DNA of 64,000 nucleotides from positions 1 to 64,000 of the forward strand of contig JAHLWZ010000306.1 of NCBI GenBank assembly GCA_020536535.1. Reading direction: 5' to 3'. The notes under the pieces are model-generated. The model did not search any database. It was not told the origin of the DNA and was given only the letters and a program-made list of their open reading frames with translations. The number at the start of each line of letters is the position of its first letter. The first letter of the stretch is position 1. This document shows, in pieces, positions 1 to 15,143 of this stretch. The translations under genes were made by a program, and so were the position numbers. This DNA comes from Pelomyxa schiedti (taxonomy: Eukaryota > Protista > Evosea).

Positions 1-775
1 ACTGTTGGTGGTTGTGGAGATGATATTAGTGGTCCATGTTGCAACAAGCCCTGACAACCGCATGCCTTGCAAACCCCACAAGCAGGGCCACAAGAAATTC
101 ACAGAAAAAAAGTTTTCCCTGACCAAAAACTGTCAGTCCCAAAATTACAGGGTTAAAGACCAAAAATAGCCAGGAGGAGAATAAAAATAGCAATAAGGAT
201 GAGACCCATGGCAAGTTTGTGCCTGAGCCACGCGTGGCTGTACCCAGGGCAATGCCATCGTAGGAAAATATGCTGCGATGTGACTCCAGCTCGTAGCAAC
301 ATCACAAAGCGGTCATACCAGATGATGAGCCCAACAATGGTCACAATTATTCCAAGTCGCTGCATGTGAGTCAATTGGCGGATGAGTGATGGTGTGGTGA
401 TTGATTGAATCATGTGGAGGATCGAAGCAAACCAGGGATTTGTGGTTGTCACGTTCCTTCCATATGTATTTGGTGAACAGGAATGTTGATGTCAGCATCA
501 CAGCGGAAGCTACAGCCACGAAAATCGAGTTCTGTGTCTGCTCATTTGGTGAGTTGTGACTGTTTGAATTTTTCAATTGTTGAAGATACAATTGATCGGA
601 AGAAGCAAATCCACTCCGACGGAAAAGGGATGGCTCCGGCGATAACAATGGCAGTCGGGAACCAGTAAAAGCTATTCGTCTGCCGGAAGAATGTGAGATT
701 GGGATGAGAAAAAAGAAATTCACCTCAGATGAAAGGGAAAATGCTAAAAGAATGAAGGCACTCACAAATGAAAAC
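1..775. repeat. Dispersed repeat, copy 1 (truncated by window start and N-gap)
   Basis: Near-identical to 34217-35015 in the same orientation, with scattered substitutions and small indels. Confidence 0.93.
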
Positions 776-875
776 NNNNNNNNNNNNNNNNNNNNNNNNN
801 NNNNNNNNNNNNNNNNNNNNNNNNNNNNNNNNNNNNNNNNNNNNNNNNNNNNNNNNNNNNNNNNNNNNNNNNNNN
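776..875. other. Scaffold gap (100 N)
   Basis: N run. Confidence 1.
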
Positions 876-3800
876 CAGTCACGAGCTTACCCAATTTAAT
901 TTGCTTCCAGTAGAAATTTTACGTAAACTTGAGGCAAAAAACGTGAGCCATGTCTTTGTTTCTGCTTTGCTTTTCCTCAAAATCCTAGTTGTGGCTAGAG
1001 GAACTTTATGAGATGGACTCCCGCGAAATTGGGAGTTTAGTTGGGCATCCCTACATGGGAATGGAGATCAAGAAACTGTGCAAAATGTTTCCTTATATTG
1101 ATATGACTGCAACCATTCAGCCAATAACAAGAACTATTCTCAAAGTTCACTTAGGTCAAGCACCCCTGTTATTACCGCCATCTAACCCTCTCTAGATCTT
1201 GATCCCCAATTCCAATGGAGCGACCGATTTCATGGTTCCGTTGAACCTTGGTGGATCTGGGTGGAGGATACAGATAATATTCACATCTACCATTCGGAAT
1301 ACTTTCTGCTGCAAAAGTAGAATTTCTATTAACTCTCAAAAATTCACTCCCATCTCACAGACAACAATGGAAGAACAAAAGAAAAGAGCCTATCTCCCTT
1401 ACGTTCACTATACCTATTTTCGAACCTCTCCCTTCTCAGGTACCACCTTAACATTTAACTAACTTTTTATGATACTTACAACCTTTAGTACTACATTCGA
1501 ATGGTTTCAGACAGGTGGCTGGGTGCACAAACTATTTTGCCTCTTTCCTTCAAAAATCTCATATTGCCTCACCAATATCCGCCCAATACTGACTTACTAA
1601 ATCTGATCCCTCTTCCGCTCTCTGCGTTGCATAATGATAAATTTGAGTCGCTCTTCAGCTTCCCATTCTTCAATCCAATACAGACACAGGTTAAATTTCT
1701 TCATTTCTTCCTCCATTAACAATGTTTAGGTATTTCATGTTTGTTACCACACAGGCCACAATGTTTTACTCGGGGCACCCACTGGAAGTGGTAAAACTGT
1801 TGCAGCAGAACTTGCAATGCTTCAAGTGAGTCACCAAAACACCCAGGAATTTACTAACCTTGCACCAGATTTTTCGAGATACCCCTCACCTCAAAGTCGT
1901 ATATATTGCCCCCCTCAAAGCCCTTGTTCGGGAGAGAATGAAGGACTGGCATGAAAAATTTGAAGTGAAGTTAGGGAAGAAACTTGTTGAATTGACTGGA
2001 GACTTCACCCCCAGTACCCAGCCCACCTTCCCTTTTCCATCTTAAACGTTGTGAAGATATCAAGGCACTACAAATGGCAGATATTGTCACCACAACTCCT
2101 GAAAAGTGGGATGGCATCAGTAGGAATTGGAAAACTAGAAGGTTTGTCAATCTAGAGGAATAAAGAATAATAAATTTATAATATCTGCTAGCTACGTACA
2201 AAGTGTTGGATTGGTGATCATTGATGAAATTCATCTTCTGGGAGAAGAACGTGGACCGGTACTGGAAGTTGTATGTATTTCTTCTAATGTACTTTACCTG
2301 CTCTGAGCACAGTTAGATTGTCAGCCGTATGAGGTACATCTCTTCCCAAACAGACAACCCTGTTCGTATCATTGGACTCTCCACAGCCATAGCCAATGCC
2401 CAAGTAGGTTGGTGTGGCACAGAGATTTTTTTTACCTTCTGTAGGATTTGGTTGACTGGCTCGGGATTGAAGGACCTGGACTTTACAACTTCCGGCCATC
2501 TGTTCGACCAGTACCCCTTGAAGTTCACATCGACGTACTGTTTTTTTTTATCTTGTTTTACAATGCCATTTTACCATAAAGCAGGGATATCCAGGCAAAC
2601 ACTACTGCCCACGAATGGCCACAATGAATAAACCTACTTATGCTTCGATTGTTGATCATTCTTTAAACAAGCCTGCCCTAGTTTTTGTCAGCAGTAGAAG
2701 GTTCCTATATTAAGAAGACCGTTTACTTTTTACTGTCTTCTAGACAGACTCGTCTGACAGCACTTGACTTGATTTCGTTTGCATCCATGGATGAAAACCC
2801 AAGACAATGGCTTCACATGTCACAGCCTGAGCTTGATACTTTCCTTCCGAAGATCAAGGCGTGTTGGTTGCTTCCTGTAATTAATTAATTGTTGGGCAGG
2901 ATGCCAATTTGAAACATGTTCTTCCTTTTGGGATCGGGTTGCATCATGCTGGTCTCTGCGACACAGATAGACAATTAGTGGAAGATCTGTTTTGCAAAGT
3001 GAAAATTCAAGTTCTTGTCTCAACAGCCACACTTGCTTGGGGTGTTAACCTTCCTGCTCACCTTGTTGTTATTAAGGTATGCGTGCGTATCTAGATAGGA
3101 AAAAGAAGTAAAATCCGGCAGGGAACAGAATATTATGACGCCAAAACGAAAGGTTACATCGACTTTCCCGTCACAGATGTTCTCCAGATGATGGGAAGGG
3201 CTGGACGTCCTCAATTTGATACCCTTGGAAAAGTACTTTGCTGGTTATCTTCTTTTGTTTAGGCTTTTCCAGGTAGTCATCCTTGTTGAAGAATCAAAGA
3301 AGAACTTTTATCAAAAGTTTTTGTATGAGCCTTTCCCAGTTGAGTCAAGCCTTGCTGGAGTATTACACGACCATTTTAACGCTGAAATTGTTGCTGGTAC
3401 ACAACTCAGTATTAGACAATTTGAAGGCTCAATTCTTGCAGGAACGATAACAACAAAGCAAGATGCTGTAGATTACTTAACTTGGACCTACTATTTCCGA
3501 AGACTCATAAGAAACCCATCTTACTACGGGTTGGAAGATGCCAGTTCCGATAGTTTGAATAAATTCCTTTCGAATAGTGTTGATGATACTATAAGAGTGT
3601 GTATCAACAGTGTACCCCGTACCTAATTATGTTTCCAGGATTTGGAGTACGCCTCTTGTGTTCAATCTGATGGTAACAACCTAGTCCCATTGACTCTTGG
3701 CAGAATAGGGTCCTTCTACTATCTGCGTTACACAACAATGAGGCATTCAATTTGAATTAAGTGTCACCGTATTAACTTTTTTTGATAGTATGTTCCGAGA

Positions 3801-5087
3801 CTCCCTTGGCCCAAGTTGTGATATACGAACACTCTTGGATATCCTGTGTAAAGTAACAGAATATGATGAACTTCCCGTCAGGCACAATGAAGACAAAATC
3901 AATGCACAACTGGCTGAAGAGGTATGTCACTTGAAAGACTACAATTTTTCATAGAGAGGCAGGTACCCTGGGCAGTAGACCAGATGGGAGGCCGAATGGA
4001 AGACCCACATACGAAGGCAAATTTGTTACTTCAAGCACATTTCAGCAACATTGCACTTCCGATTACAGACTACATTACCGACACAAAATCCGTTCTTGAT
4101 CAAGCTGTGAGAATCATTCAGGTATTCTTAAAGTATTTCTCGTTTCTGAAAAAGGAGCAAAAATACAGGCAATTGTGGACGTTGCCGCTGATAAAGGATG
4201 GCTATCCACCTCCCTCAACGCAATGCATCTTCTTGAAATGATAATGCAAGGTGTGTGGTTTACTGATAACACACTACTATCCCTTCCGAGCATCACCCGG
4301 GACAAACTTTCGTGGTTCCATGATGAGGTCTAATTGTACACTATTTCTTCCCTTTTCTAACCCGATACCTAGTTGGGAGTGGAAAGTATCCCAGAGCTGT
4401 TCGAAATCCCCAACTCCGAGTTGCGTACCAAACTCCAGGCAATTTGGAGTGAAGCACAAATTCAAAAGGTCTTTCCTATATCTAGCATTCCACAACTCAA
4501 ATACTCGGAACCGAATACAGTTCATGAAGGATTTGTCAAGGATACCACAAGTAGATGTTAATGTACAGTGTCCCCCAGCAGCGGAAATCGGGGCTGAAGT
4601 GCCACTGAAAGTAACCCTGACACGGCAAGGGAAGCAACCCTCCCCTTTTGCATTCGCCCCAAGGTTCCCGAAGATCAAGCAAGAGGTTGATTTTCGTGAT
4701 CATTCTCTGCTGACATTTACTCACAACTATCTTTGGGTGTAGGCTTGGTGGCTCGTAGTGGGACTCGGTGAGGAATTAATTGCACTACGAAGAGTTACAT
4801 TCGCGACCAACACCACAGCTTCATTACTCATAGTAGCACCTCCGGAACCCGGAAAATACACCTACACAGTCTACATCATGTCCGATTCCTACATCGGAAT
4901 CAATCAACAGTATGAAGTATCCATAGATACCACTACCACCACATCAAGTTCACCAACAACACCCCCAACAAGCTCAGAATCATCAAACACTACATCCACA
5001 ACAACCCCCACAACAACGCAACTTACACCGGATCAACTCGAACTGTTTGGAGACGGACAGATAGAGTTTCAGAATGAAGACCTGTGA
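876..5087 (+). CDS. ASCC3: ASCC3/Slh1 Ski2-like helicase, 3' half (end of Sec63-1, second helicase cassette, Sec63-2); multi-exon, 5' part missing
   Basis: Spliced motifs [144 protein letters not shown]; stop TGA at 5085-5087. Confidence 0.93.
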
Positions 5088-5489
5088 AGAAAGAAATAAC
5101 CCCTATTGAGATGGGAAATATTCTGCCTTTTGTGGACTTTGTGAAGAGCACATGTGGAATGTCGTGATCATTTTTCTTGTCGTTGACGAAATATCAAAGC
5201 AGTTATAACGCCTCATCATGGAAGAATTGGGAAAGGCAAGAAAAAAGAATAAACACGAGGAAAAAAAGTAAAAACACATTATCAAACATCATTTCCTGGT
5301 ACTTTTTTCCTTAAATACACAACAGCGAGTCCAAAAAAAAGTTAAAAAAACCCAAACACAAAGCCCGATCTCAGGGCCGTTGTTTTTTATTTATTTTTAT
5401 TTTCAAAGTTGGTTGGGTGAGCAAGGCCAAACAACAACGAAACACGACCAGAGAGATCTCAGAGTTATAAATACGTAGTAACCTGTATA

Positions 5490-7141
<1,652 letters not shown>

Positions 7142-7220
7142 TACTGTACTTAGTTTTTGTATAACTCCGGCAAAAAGTTTCTTCTCCAACAAATTTCTTT
7201 TTTCGTTTTGTTCCTTTCAT

Positions 7221-9509
7221 TCATGGGTAATTAGGGAGGTCCGTGCTGGAATTTCCTGTGTTTTCGTCCGTAGTAATCCATCCTTGGGATTCAAAAAACC
7301 TAATAATGTATTCACTGGCAGTGGGGTCTGATGCACAATAAATTGTTGATGGTAAGTAGGAAGAGGACAAATGCAAACCTAGTTTGGACAAAACCGAGGC
7401 AACAGCATTTTTGCTTGGCAGCGAGTTCATCCTAGAATATTCACACAGTAGAGTCTCTTTGATCATAGCATAGTCCCATGGGGACAATCTGAAGAATGAA
7501 TTGAGTGTGGATTGAGAGGTGACGTAGAACTTTGTAAGATGGCACAAGTTCTGTTCTTCGGGAGACAGCAGTAGAGGGAAGGAGGGACCTGTGTGTCTCC
7601 GAGATATCGCAGCAGTCCCAAAGTTCTGGGGAACTGAAGTCAAATACAACCACTCAACCCAGAGGCTAAAATACCTTTTTTGTATCTTCAGTGAACCGTG
7701 AGGAGTGTCGCCCACCACGTCCAGTATGGTGTGGCCCGGCTGGAGATGCACCAATGCCACTTGCCACAGAACTTCCCAGAGAGGATTTTTGTTTGCGGGC
7801 CTGTGACATCTCAGTCAAGTCGTGTCGTTTTTTCTCGGTCTCGTATACTTCAATTTCGGATAGTTGAGTGATTCCCCTGGATCTGATTGTTTTTAGTTCC
7901 GCTATTTGATTCATAAGGTCCATTTCCCCTTTCATCCTCTGTAAGATACCAAATGGAGGAAAAAAACCATACTAACTATGCCACTTAATAACTCATCCCG
8001 AACATCGGGGAGAAATATTTGGATATAGGCTCTCAACTGAGTGTTCAGTTCCTTGTCGCTCGAGATACGGCGTTCGGTGTTTTGCAACTAGTGTGATAAG
8101 AACAGCGAAGGAAGACCACAACTGCAACCTTCTTGTAATCCAATAAACCGTTAGTGACAATAAATTGCTTCCTTCTGTGCCTTTCTCTCAGTTTCCAATC
8201 ATACGCCTCAAGGGCTTTGAACTTGAGCTCTGTGAATCATAAAAATATACTGACTGAGAGGAAGAAAATATACCCCGTTCTTCTTCAGTATCCTCCGATG
8301 TGAAACTGATATCCTTTATCACCAGCTCGGCTTCGTTTTCCCATTCGTTCTCAAATTCGTTTCTGAGTGCGTTATACCCACTGGAGGTCTCCGTTTCATG
8401 CTTTTTTTATGGAAACGGGTAAAATGCGGGATTAATATCCAGAATGTTACCTGGCTTTGTTGCCTAGCAGTTCGAGCAGGACCCTAAGGTTTTTTTTATT
8501 GCTTAGGTTACATTGCTGGAGTTTTAAGTCTAAGAATAAAAGCAGTGATCTACACACTTTTGCTTTCTTACCGGAAGGCGCGGTTCCAGCATCTTTGGAT
8601 CTGGGTTCTTTGGATTTCGCAGCTGCCATCAAGGCCCCCTTTGACTTGCCGCAGATAACTCTGTTTGGATCCGGAAGGGGAGCTGTAGGTACGTTGAGAT
8701 ATGTTTCTATGTAGTGAGCCTTGCACTGCTCCATGGTTTTTGTGTCCACGTGTTCAGCCTACAACCACCTCAGTTGTGCCTTGGTAGAGCATTGCGCACA
8801 TACAACATCGGCCCAGTTTCCAAGTCCATATATTCCAATAGCATCGAGAAGTGACAACTCTTCATCGGCTCCCCAGTCAGCAGAGAACAAAGCAAAGTGA
8901 AGAGCATCCTTCATGCCAAGTGAACCAAAGTTTGAGCTTTAGAATAAACCAACCACTTGTTTGCATTGATGTGTCTTCTTGTGGGAGAGTACTTCGACGC
9001 CATTGGTATAGCAGTCAACACACAAATCGAAATCAATGCACACACAGCACTTCATCCTGAATAGGGTTTTTGTTTTGGTTTGGTTTTTTGAATGAATGCC
9101 ACAAAAACAACAAATCCAGTGAAGTGCAGTGACGTGGAACTCCAAATTTGGGCAAAGTCCTCCCACAAGTGCACCTGCTTCTGTTGCTCGTCAAATCGTT
9201 TTTACAGCCGTTGCAATGAAACTGTTCGCCTTTCCCGGCTCCCCCGCCCCCCGAAGCCGACGCGCTCCCGTGCGACGAAGAAGACGACGAGGTGTTGGTG
9301 TTGGTGGTGGTGGTTGCGGTAGTGGTCGTGGTGGTGGACGCCGCGTGCTCCATCTTCACCTTCACGCCCGAGGAAGACGACGAGTGGTGCGTCGCGCCGG
9401 ATCCCGACGCGCTTCCTGTGGTGGCGGCGCTCGCCCCCGAGCCCCTCCTTCCCGATGATGATGTGTGCGGCGACGTGATAGTCTCCGTCACTTCATCACC
9501 GTCGTCCAT
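7221..9509 (-). CDS. ADA2: Transcriptional adapter ADA2 (ZZ finger, SANT, ADA boxes, SWIRM), multi-exon
   Basis: ZZ: [10 protein letters not shown]...[17 protein letters not shown]; SANT: [41 protein letters not shown]; [24 protein letters not shown]; SWIRM-like [10 protein letters not shown]...FFESQGWI. Confidence 0.9.
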
Positions 9510-9864
9510 CGTTTTTGGTTTTTTGTCCCCAAGTTGGTACCCAATTTCGGCTTTAGGGGAAGAGTCCCTGATGGAGATTTCGGGGCTGTGTCGATTGTAC
9601 TCATCCTCAAACACTCAGAGCAATTGCTGCCCCGAAGACAGCACATATGACATAAGGATAGTCTCGGGAGTTTTATTGACTGGATAGGACAGAAATTGCA
9701 AAAACGAAGTCACAGGAACAGGCAAAAATTCACACTAAACTTGGGCAGCAAAAAACCAGTCGTGGGGGTTTGGCGCATCACATTCAGTTTTTTTGGTTTT
9801 CTCAAGAACGAGGAGCAGAATGGAAGAACTGTTCCAGTTTCACCTTTTGTTGAAAATGAATGAC

Positions 9865-12800
9865 TCAACCACAGAGAATAATGTAAGCACATACTTCATC
9901 CAGAGAATCAAAGCGACGGCCCAGGGTGGGTCCAAGGTATTCTACAAAGTTAGCTCTGTCCACGATGAGTATGTTTGCATCGGTGGGTATCTCAGGGAAA
10001 TTTCGATTCGCAGGAAGCTTCCTCAAACTAACAATCATCAGGATAAGTGTCGCTCCGCGCCATCCCACTGTTTGCATCAGGCCTCGCATCTGCAGCTGTG
10101 CATTGCGCCACTTGTCCAAAATTTCCGTTACAGTGAGTACGGTCTTACTGGATGCTTCTGAATACTTTGCTTCAAGACAAATGATGAACTTGCCTTCCCC
10201 ATCCGAGTACGGCAACAAAAAAACAGTCTCAAATCTTGTTTTGTTGTTAGACGATCATGATGTAGATGTAGTATTCGTGGTTTGAGGGATGTAAGTGAAG
10301 GTACACACCCTGGGTTGTTGGCACAGCACCGGACTACCGATCCAACTTTCAGTGAACTGCCATTGCTCTGAAACCACGATGAGAACCTGTGAGTTTTCCC
10401 TTCATGAGATGCATTCCAGCAATGAAACCTGGGCAACCGCGGGAAGATTGCCGTCAGTGTGTTGGTACATGCACCTCTACTGAAGATGGGGTTCCCAAAC
10501 ATTGAATTTACACAAAATGGCCTGCCACGATCGTTTGTGTCATGGCATAAGGTGAGAAGAAATGGATGAAGGGTTGCGAAATCCTCCAAAGCTTGGCCAT
10601 CCAACCAACTCACAGCAGGATTTAACAGAAACTTCAGGAGATTTGCAACCTGGAAGGGTATATTCTCTGCATTCAGCTCAAGTAGCCGTGCGATAGCCTC
10701 AAATGTACTCGCAGGGAGGTGGTGTGAAGTGAACTCATCAGCAAACGCAAGAAGGGTCAGCACACTGGTGTAGGGTTTGTTATCAACACAGAATAGGTAT
10801 CCACAGGCCACCAGCTGTGCGAATTTCTTGCCACCGATGAGGGAATCGGACTCCAGCCTTTTAGCAATGATCACAGCACGGATAACATCCAATGATGAGG
10901 CACCAGAAAAGCCAGTTCGGGTTCCTGCCATGATTGTTGCAAGGCAGTAGGTATGATTTTGGAGTAGCATAGAAGCACTAGTATCCTTCTTCAGCCAGTT
11001 GTTAATACTTGTCAGCAAGCAGGGGACCCCTCCTGTGTCCAGAAGCAAAAGCTTAAGACCAACTTTGGCTTCAGGTTCCAAGTGGTTGAGGTGCTCCTTG
11101 AACAGTTTTACACACAATCGGAATGGGATAGGGTCCAGTGGGGGAGCTATGATCCGTCGGCTTGACCCTGTTTCCACACTTTGTACCCAACCTCTATCTA
11201 GGCAGGATAAAACTACAATAAAGGCACTGGCATCAGGGATGTTGACTGTGATCATGTTGTCATCCATCATTTTGCCCAACTGGGAGCATATAAATTGAGA
11301 TTTGACCTCAGTATTGGATCCCCCATCAGATAGTAATATTTCGTCAACACACAATAAGAAGTGACGTTTCTTGCTATGCCGAACAATAGCGTCAAAGAGG
11401 ATGTCAAATAAATGAGGTTTGGAACTGGAAAGCTCAACCAGACTTTCCCAGTTTTGGATGTGAGAGACAAAAGTCTGAAACCCACCATTCACAAACCAAT
11501 GCCTTCAAAAGGTAAAGACAAGTCACTTGGGGAAATAGAAAAGCATACGAGTACAGCATTCTAAGGAACAGGCCAAGGAGTCCAGTGGCATGATCATCAC
11601 AATAGGGCCAATAAGGTGCATCACCGCTCCAACTTATTGTTGTACATGAGATATCACTTACTCCTTCCTGCTGTAGAGTTGAAGTAGTTGTTAATGGAGG
11701 ACTGTCTTTTTCGATAAAATTTACAATCTCATCTAGGGCCCTTGACTTGTTTTTTTTTGTGAAAAAGGGTTTCAAAAAAAACCTACTAACCTTTCCGCTA
11801 CCTGGAGCACCAACAATGGCAATAAGAGGATTCATCGTGCGTTTATCTTCCGGGACAGCTTGTTGAGGGTTGCAGCGTTTTTCAAGGTTTCCACGAATTA
11901 TCTTCAGTGAAGTGTCTCTGCCTACGAAATCAGGGAAGACCACATGTTCAACGAGTTTGTTGGCGGAAAATCTTGTCTTCAGTCTTAAGCCGAGCTGGAG
12001 GAAGTGTGGGGCAAGTATCTCCATGCCCTCGCAAATACTTTGTGCACTTGATACATCCAGGTAGAATTTGGAGTCTCCAGTTGATGAATAAACTGGTGGT
12101 ATGCTGGAGGGAATTGGCATGATGCTTGCCAAAATGACTTGCACTTTTTCATGTACCTTTTGTTATAACTTAACGTGTTTTTGAGAAAAATCAGGCAACA
12201 TACAAGATGGAGCTGTTCCATAGCGAGGTCGGCCACTGTCTTCATATCTTGAATGATACTTGCATTAGGGTGGCCCAGTAGTTGTTTTGCGTATTTAACT
12301 GCAACACTTCGGCGATCTTTCATTAATTGAACCACAGATATTTTGTCTTCCTTTTGAATGGTGTCGTCATGCAAAATTGATTCTATTGCAGAGTCTATTG
12401 CTGAGTTGACATCTAAATACTGTTTCTCCAGAGACGTGACGTGCATTAGAAGGGCTCTTGGGGGTACTTCAAGACTTTCAACAGTGAACTCATCCTGATG
12501 CTGCGTTATGAACTGGATAGCAGCCTCTGGGCAATCTGACATTGATGTGAGAGTCTCAAGGGCTGTGTGAAGAGCTTTTTTTTTATTGTAAGCCTGCTTT
12601 AGAATTGATGTTGTGTAAGACAAGATTGATTCTGCAGTCTGCAACTTCTTCAACTCTGCAATCTCAAACAGGGATGGGTGGCTCTGTATAAACTCAACTA
12701 ACTGCAGTTTCCTTTCTGTTGTATGAGGAGAGAAATGGCTGTTTAATTGGGCAGCACAGGTGGTATCAACAGGCTTGACAGAAGTTGAATCAGCGCATTT

Positions 12801-13238
12801 CAAATTGGTGGGGAGAGGAGCCGCAATTGTGGCGCTTTCCCCTTCACAATTCGTTGCTGACACATCAGAGTCAATACTGGAGGCAGTTTGCAATGTTGGG
12901 GGTTGGGACACAGTCAAAGTCTTGAACATATGTGAGATAGTACGGTTGATTGGCTTTTTTGGCGATTTGGCACGGAGACTGGCTCCTTTGGTCGCTGCGG
13001 TATTTGGCAGATTACGGCCACCGCGCCTGGCATTTTTATGTTGTGGAGAGCTGGCCTGCGTCGGCGGCGGAGCTGCAGCCGAGCTAGTCGTAGTCGTAGT
13101 CGTCGTGGTCGTGGTGCTTCCGGTGGTGACCGGAGGTATCGGGATCAGTGCTGCGGCCGTTGTGGTTGCACTGTGTGTTGTCTCTACTTTACGTGGCAGG
13201 GAGTGGGTTTGCATTGTGTTCTTCTTCGACTTGCCCAT
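9865..13238 (-). CDS. Crinkler/RHS-type protein: low-complexity and helical N-terminus + P-loop NTPase + C-terminal PD-(D/E)xK REase-like domain
   Basis: Walker A IAIVGAPGSGK(S) across an intron, Walker B FLLCVDE, DTGGVP; spliced C-terminal CANNPGFE...IICLEAKYS; long exons in ORFs 11985-13238, 11434-12144, 10128-11492 and 9865-10218. Confidence 0.7.
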
Positions 13239-13313
13239 TGCGGCTGGGGCCAGACTAGGCTCTCTTGTCTTATCTGAGGATCGAAGTCGGCAATTCGGTT
13301 TTATTGGACTTGA

Positions 13314-13592
13314 TATTGGCCTGACGATTCAAGTTCAGCAGAGGGTGTTGGGTTGGTACATTCCCTCTCCCTTGTCTAATATAACCACTCAACAACAACA
13401 GGACAATGGATGCCACTGACAAACATAGTGCATGGCAGGCTTTACCCGCCTTCACCCTCTTCCCCTCGGCACCAATACCCACACCAAGGGAGAAACCCCA
13501 AAAAGGTGCCAACAACCAAAAACGGACAGATTTCAGAGAAACTGGCTTTCAAACCCAACACCCTCTGCTGAACTTGAATCGTCAGGCCAATA
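13314..13592. mobile_element. MITE-like non-autonomous element with perfect terminal inverted repeats (39-bp TIR + TA, or 41-bp IR)
   Basis: tattggcctgacgattcaagttcagcagagggtgttgggtt (13314-13354) is the exact reverse complement of 13552-13592; 197-bp spacer with no recognisable product. Confidence 0.72.
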
Positions 13593-15143
13593 GGAAAAAA
13601 GAGCAACAATAGTGTCAGGAATCAGGAATGACAAATTGGCGGGCTTTGAGCGTAGCGTTCAACGTTCCTGCGTGCATCCACAGTCCTTGCAGTGGAGTGG
13701 GGCGTAAATAGATTAATCAGCGTTTTCTCATCCATTCCATCTTTTTGGGAGCATTCGTTGGCACCACTGCTGTTTGTTCCTCCAAAGGAGCAACAAAAAG
13801 GTGGGAAGAAAAAAAACCTGTGAAATGTTAGGGGGAGAGCTGCTGGCAATGGGGGGGGTGACAGGTCTATCGGGGGAATTACCACGGCCGCCCCCTGCCA
13901 CCTGCCCAATCTCCACTCTCCCTCGGGAAAAAATGCGGGTTTGCTCGGATTAAAACACCGTTTTTTGCTGTTGTGAGACAAATTGTGGGAAAACGAAAAG
14001 AAAAAAGCGTTACGGCCGGTCTGAAAACCCGACACCAGACGTCGAAGGTGTATATGGCAAAATACACCCCACTGTTGTGTCAGTTATCTCTTACTACCAC
14101 CTGATGGGTTCCATCACCACCCTCAGGTGGTCGGTTTGGACTGTGCAGGCGGCGGGGCCCTTTGCAATGTCCGTGTAAATGCATGCCCCGCCCCCACAAT
14201 GATTTGCACCACAAATCCTCAAAAACCTGTGTGCACTTGTTCCTATAAATGCATGTTCCAAGCACACAATATTGTGTTTTGCTGAATGTTCTGCCTTTAT
14301 CCTTGGTATTGGATTCTGATGTCATTGGGGGACATTGCTCTCGGCTGATTTTAACAGTGTCTGCCTTGCAGCATTACTGCTGAGCTGCGCATTTTCTTTC
14401 CAAGTGTTTGCAATCACCATAAGAGTATGTTTTGATCTGACTTGTGCTACAGTATCCAGAGCTTGTACAGATAAGTGTTTCTGCTCATGGTGGTCATAGA
14501 ATGAGTATTGAATCCTTCTGCCTCACTTTCAGCAACACCTTCAATCAATTTGATTTGGCACTCCATTCACCATCAATGCTACTCATGAAGTACAACTTAG
14601 CCACAGCCGAATTCTGAGGTACTGGCAATGCACAGCCATGTTACAGATACAGAAAGCACATTGCAATGTTGGCTTCTCTGTTGGCTTCTTCCTTCAGAAG
14701 ACCATGTCCTCAATACAAGCAAGCACCGAGACAATTTGATGTGATGGTTGATTCTCACAAGCCTCAGTGAGATGCAAACTGTATCAAAAATCACCTTCTT
14801 TACCACTGCCTCAATGCCTTTGTTTTTCATTGTGATTGCTGTTGTTTGTATGATAATGTTACAATTAACCCCCACCTTGTGCCTTTGCCCTGGTGACAAT
14901 CAACTACAGTGCAAATTAGTTCAAATAACAATGAAGTCAATTATGGTACTCACACACAAGGACTGCTGCAGGACCAGGCACAGTTTCTGGTCCACCCTTT
15001 GGGCCAGCTAAATCCACAAGAGCAGAATTTTCCCTCCACCCATCAACATCCCATGAGAACAAGACTCCGATTCATCAAAACGGGTTTTAGTGAGTCCCAA
15101 CATCCATAATTTCCACGAAAGTGTGAACCAGCGTCACTCGTAG

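Noticed and set aside
12760-13419. Long antisense Val-rich ORFs here and at 9292, 59527 and 63330
   Set aside because: They are shadows of Thr/Ser low-complexity codons on the coding strand.
14040-15100. Possible gene or transposon remnant
   Set aside because: Only short, stop-interrupted frames with no recognisable motif; no call can be supported.
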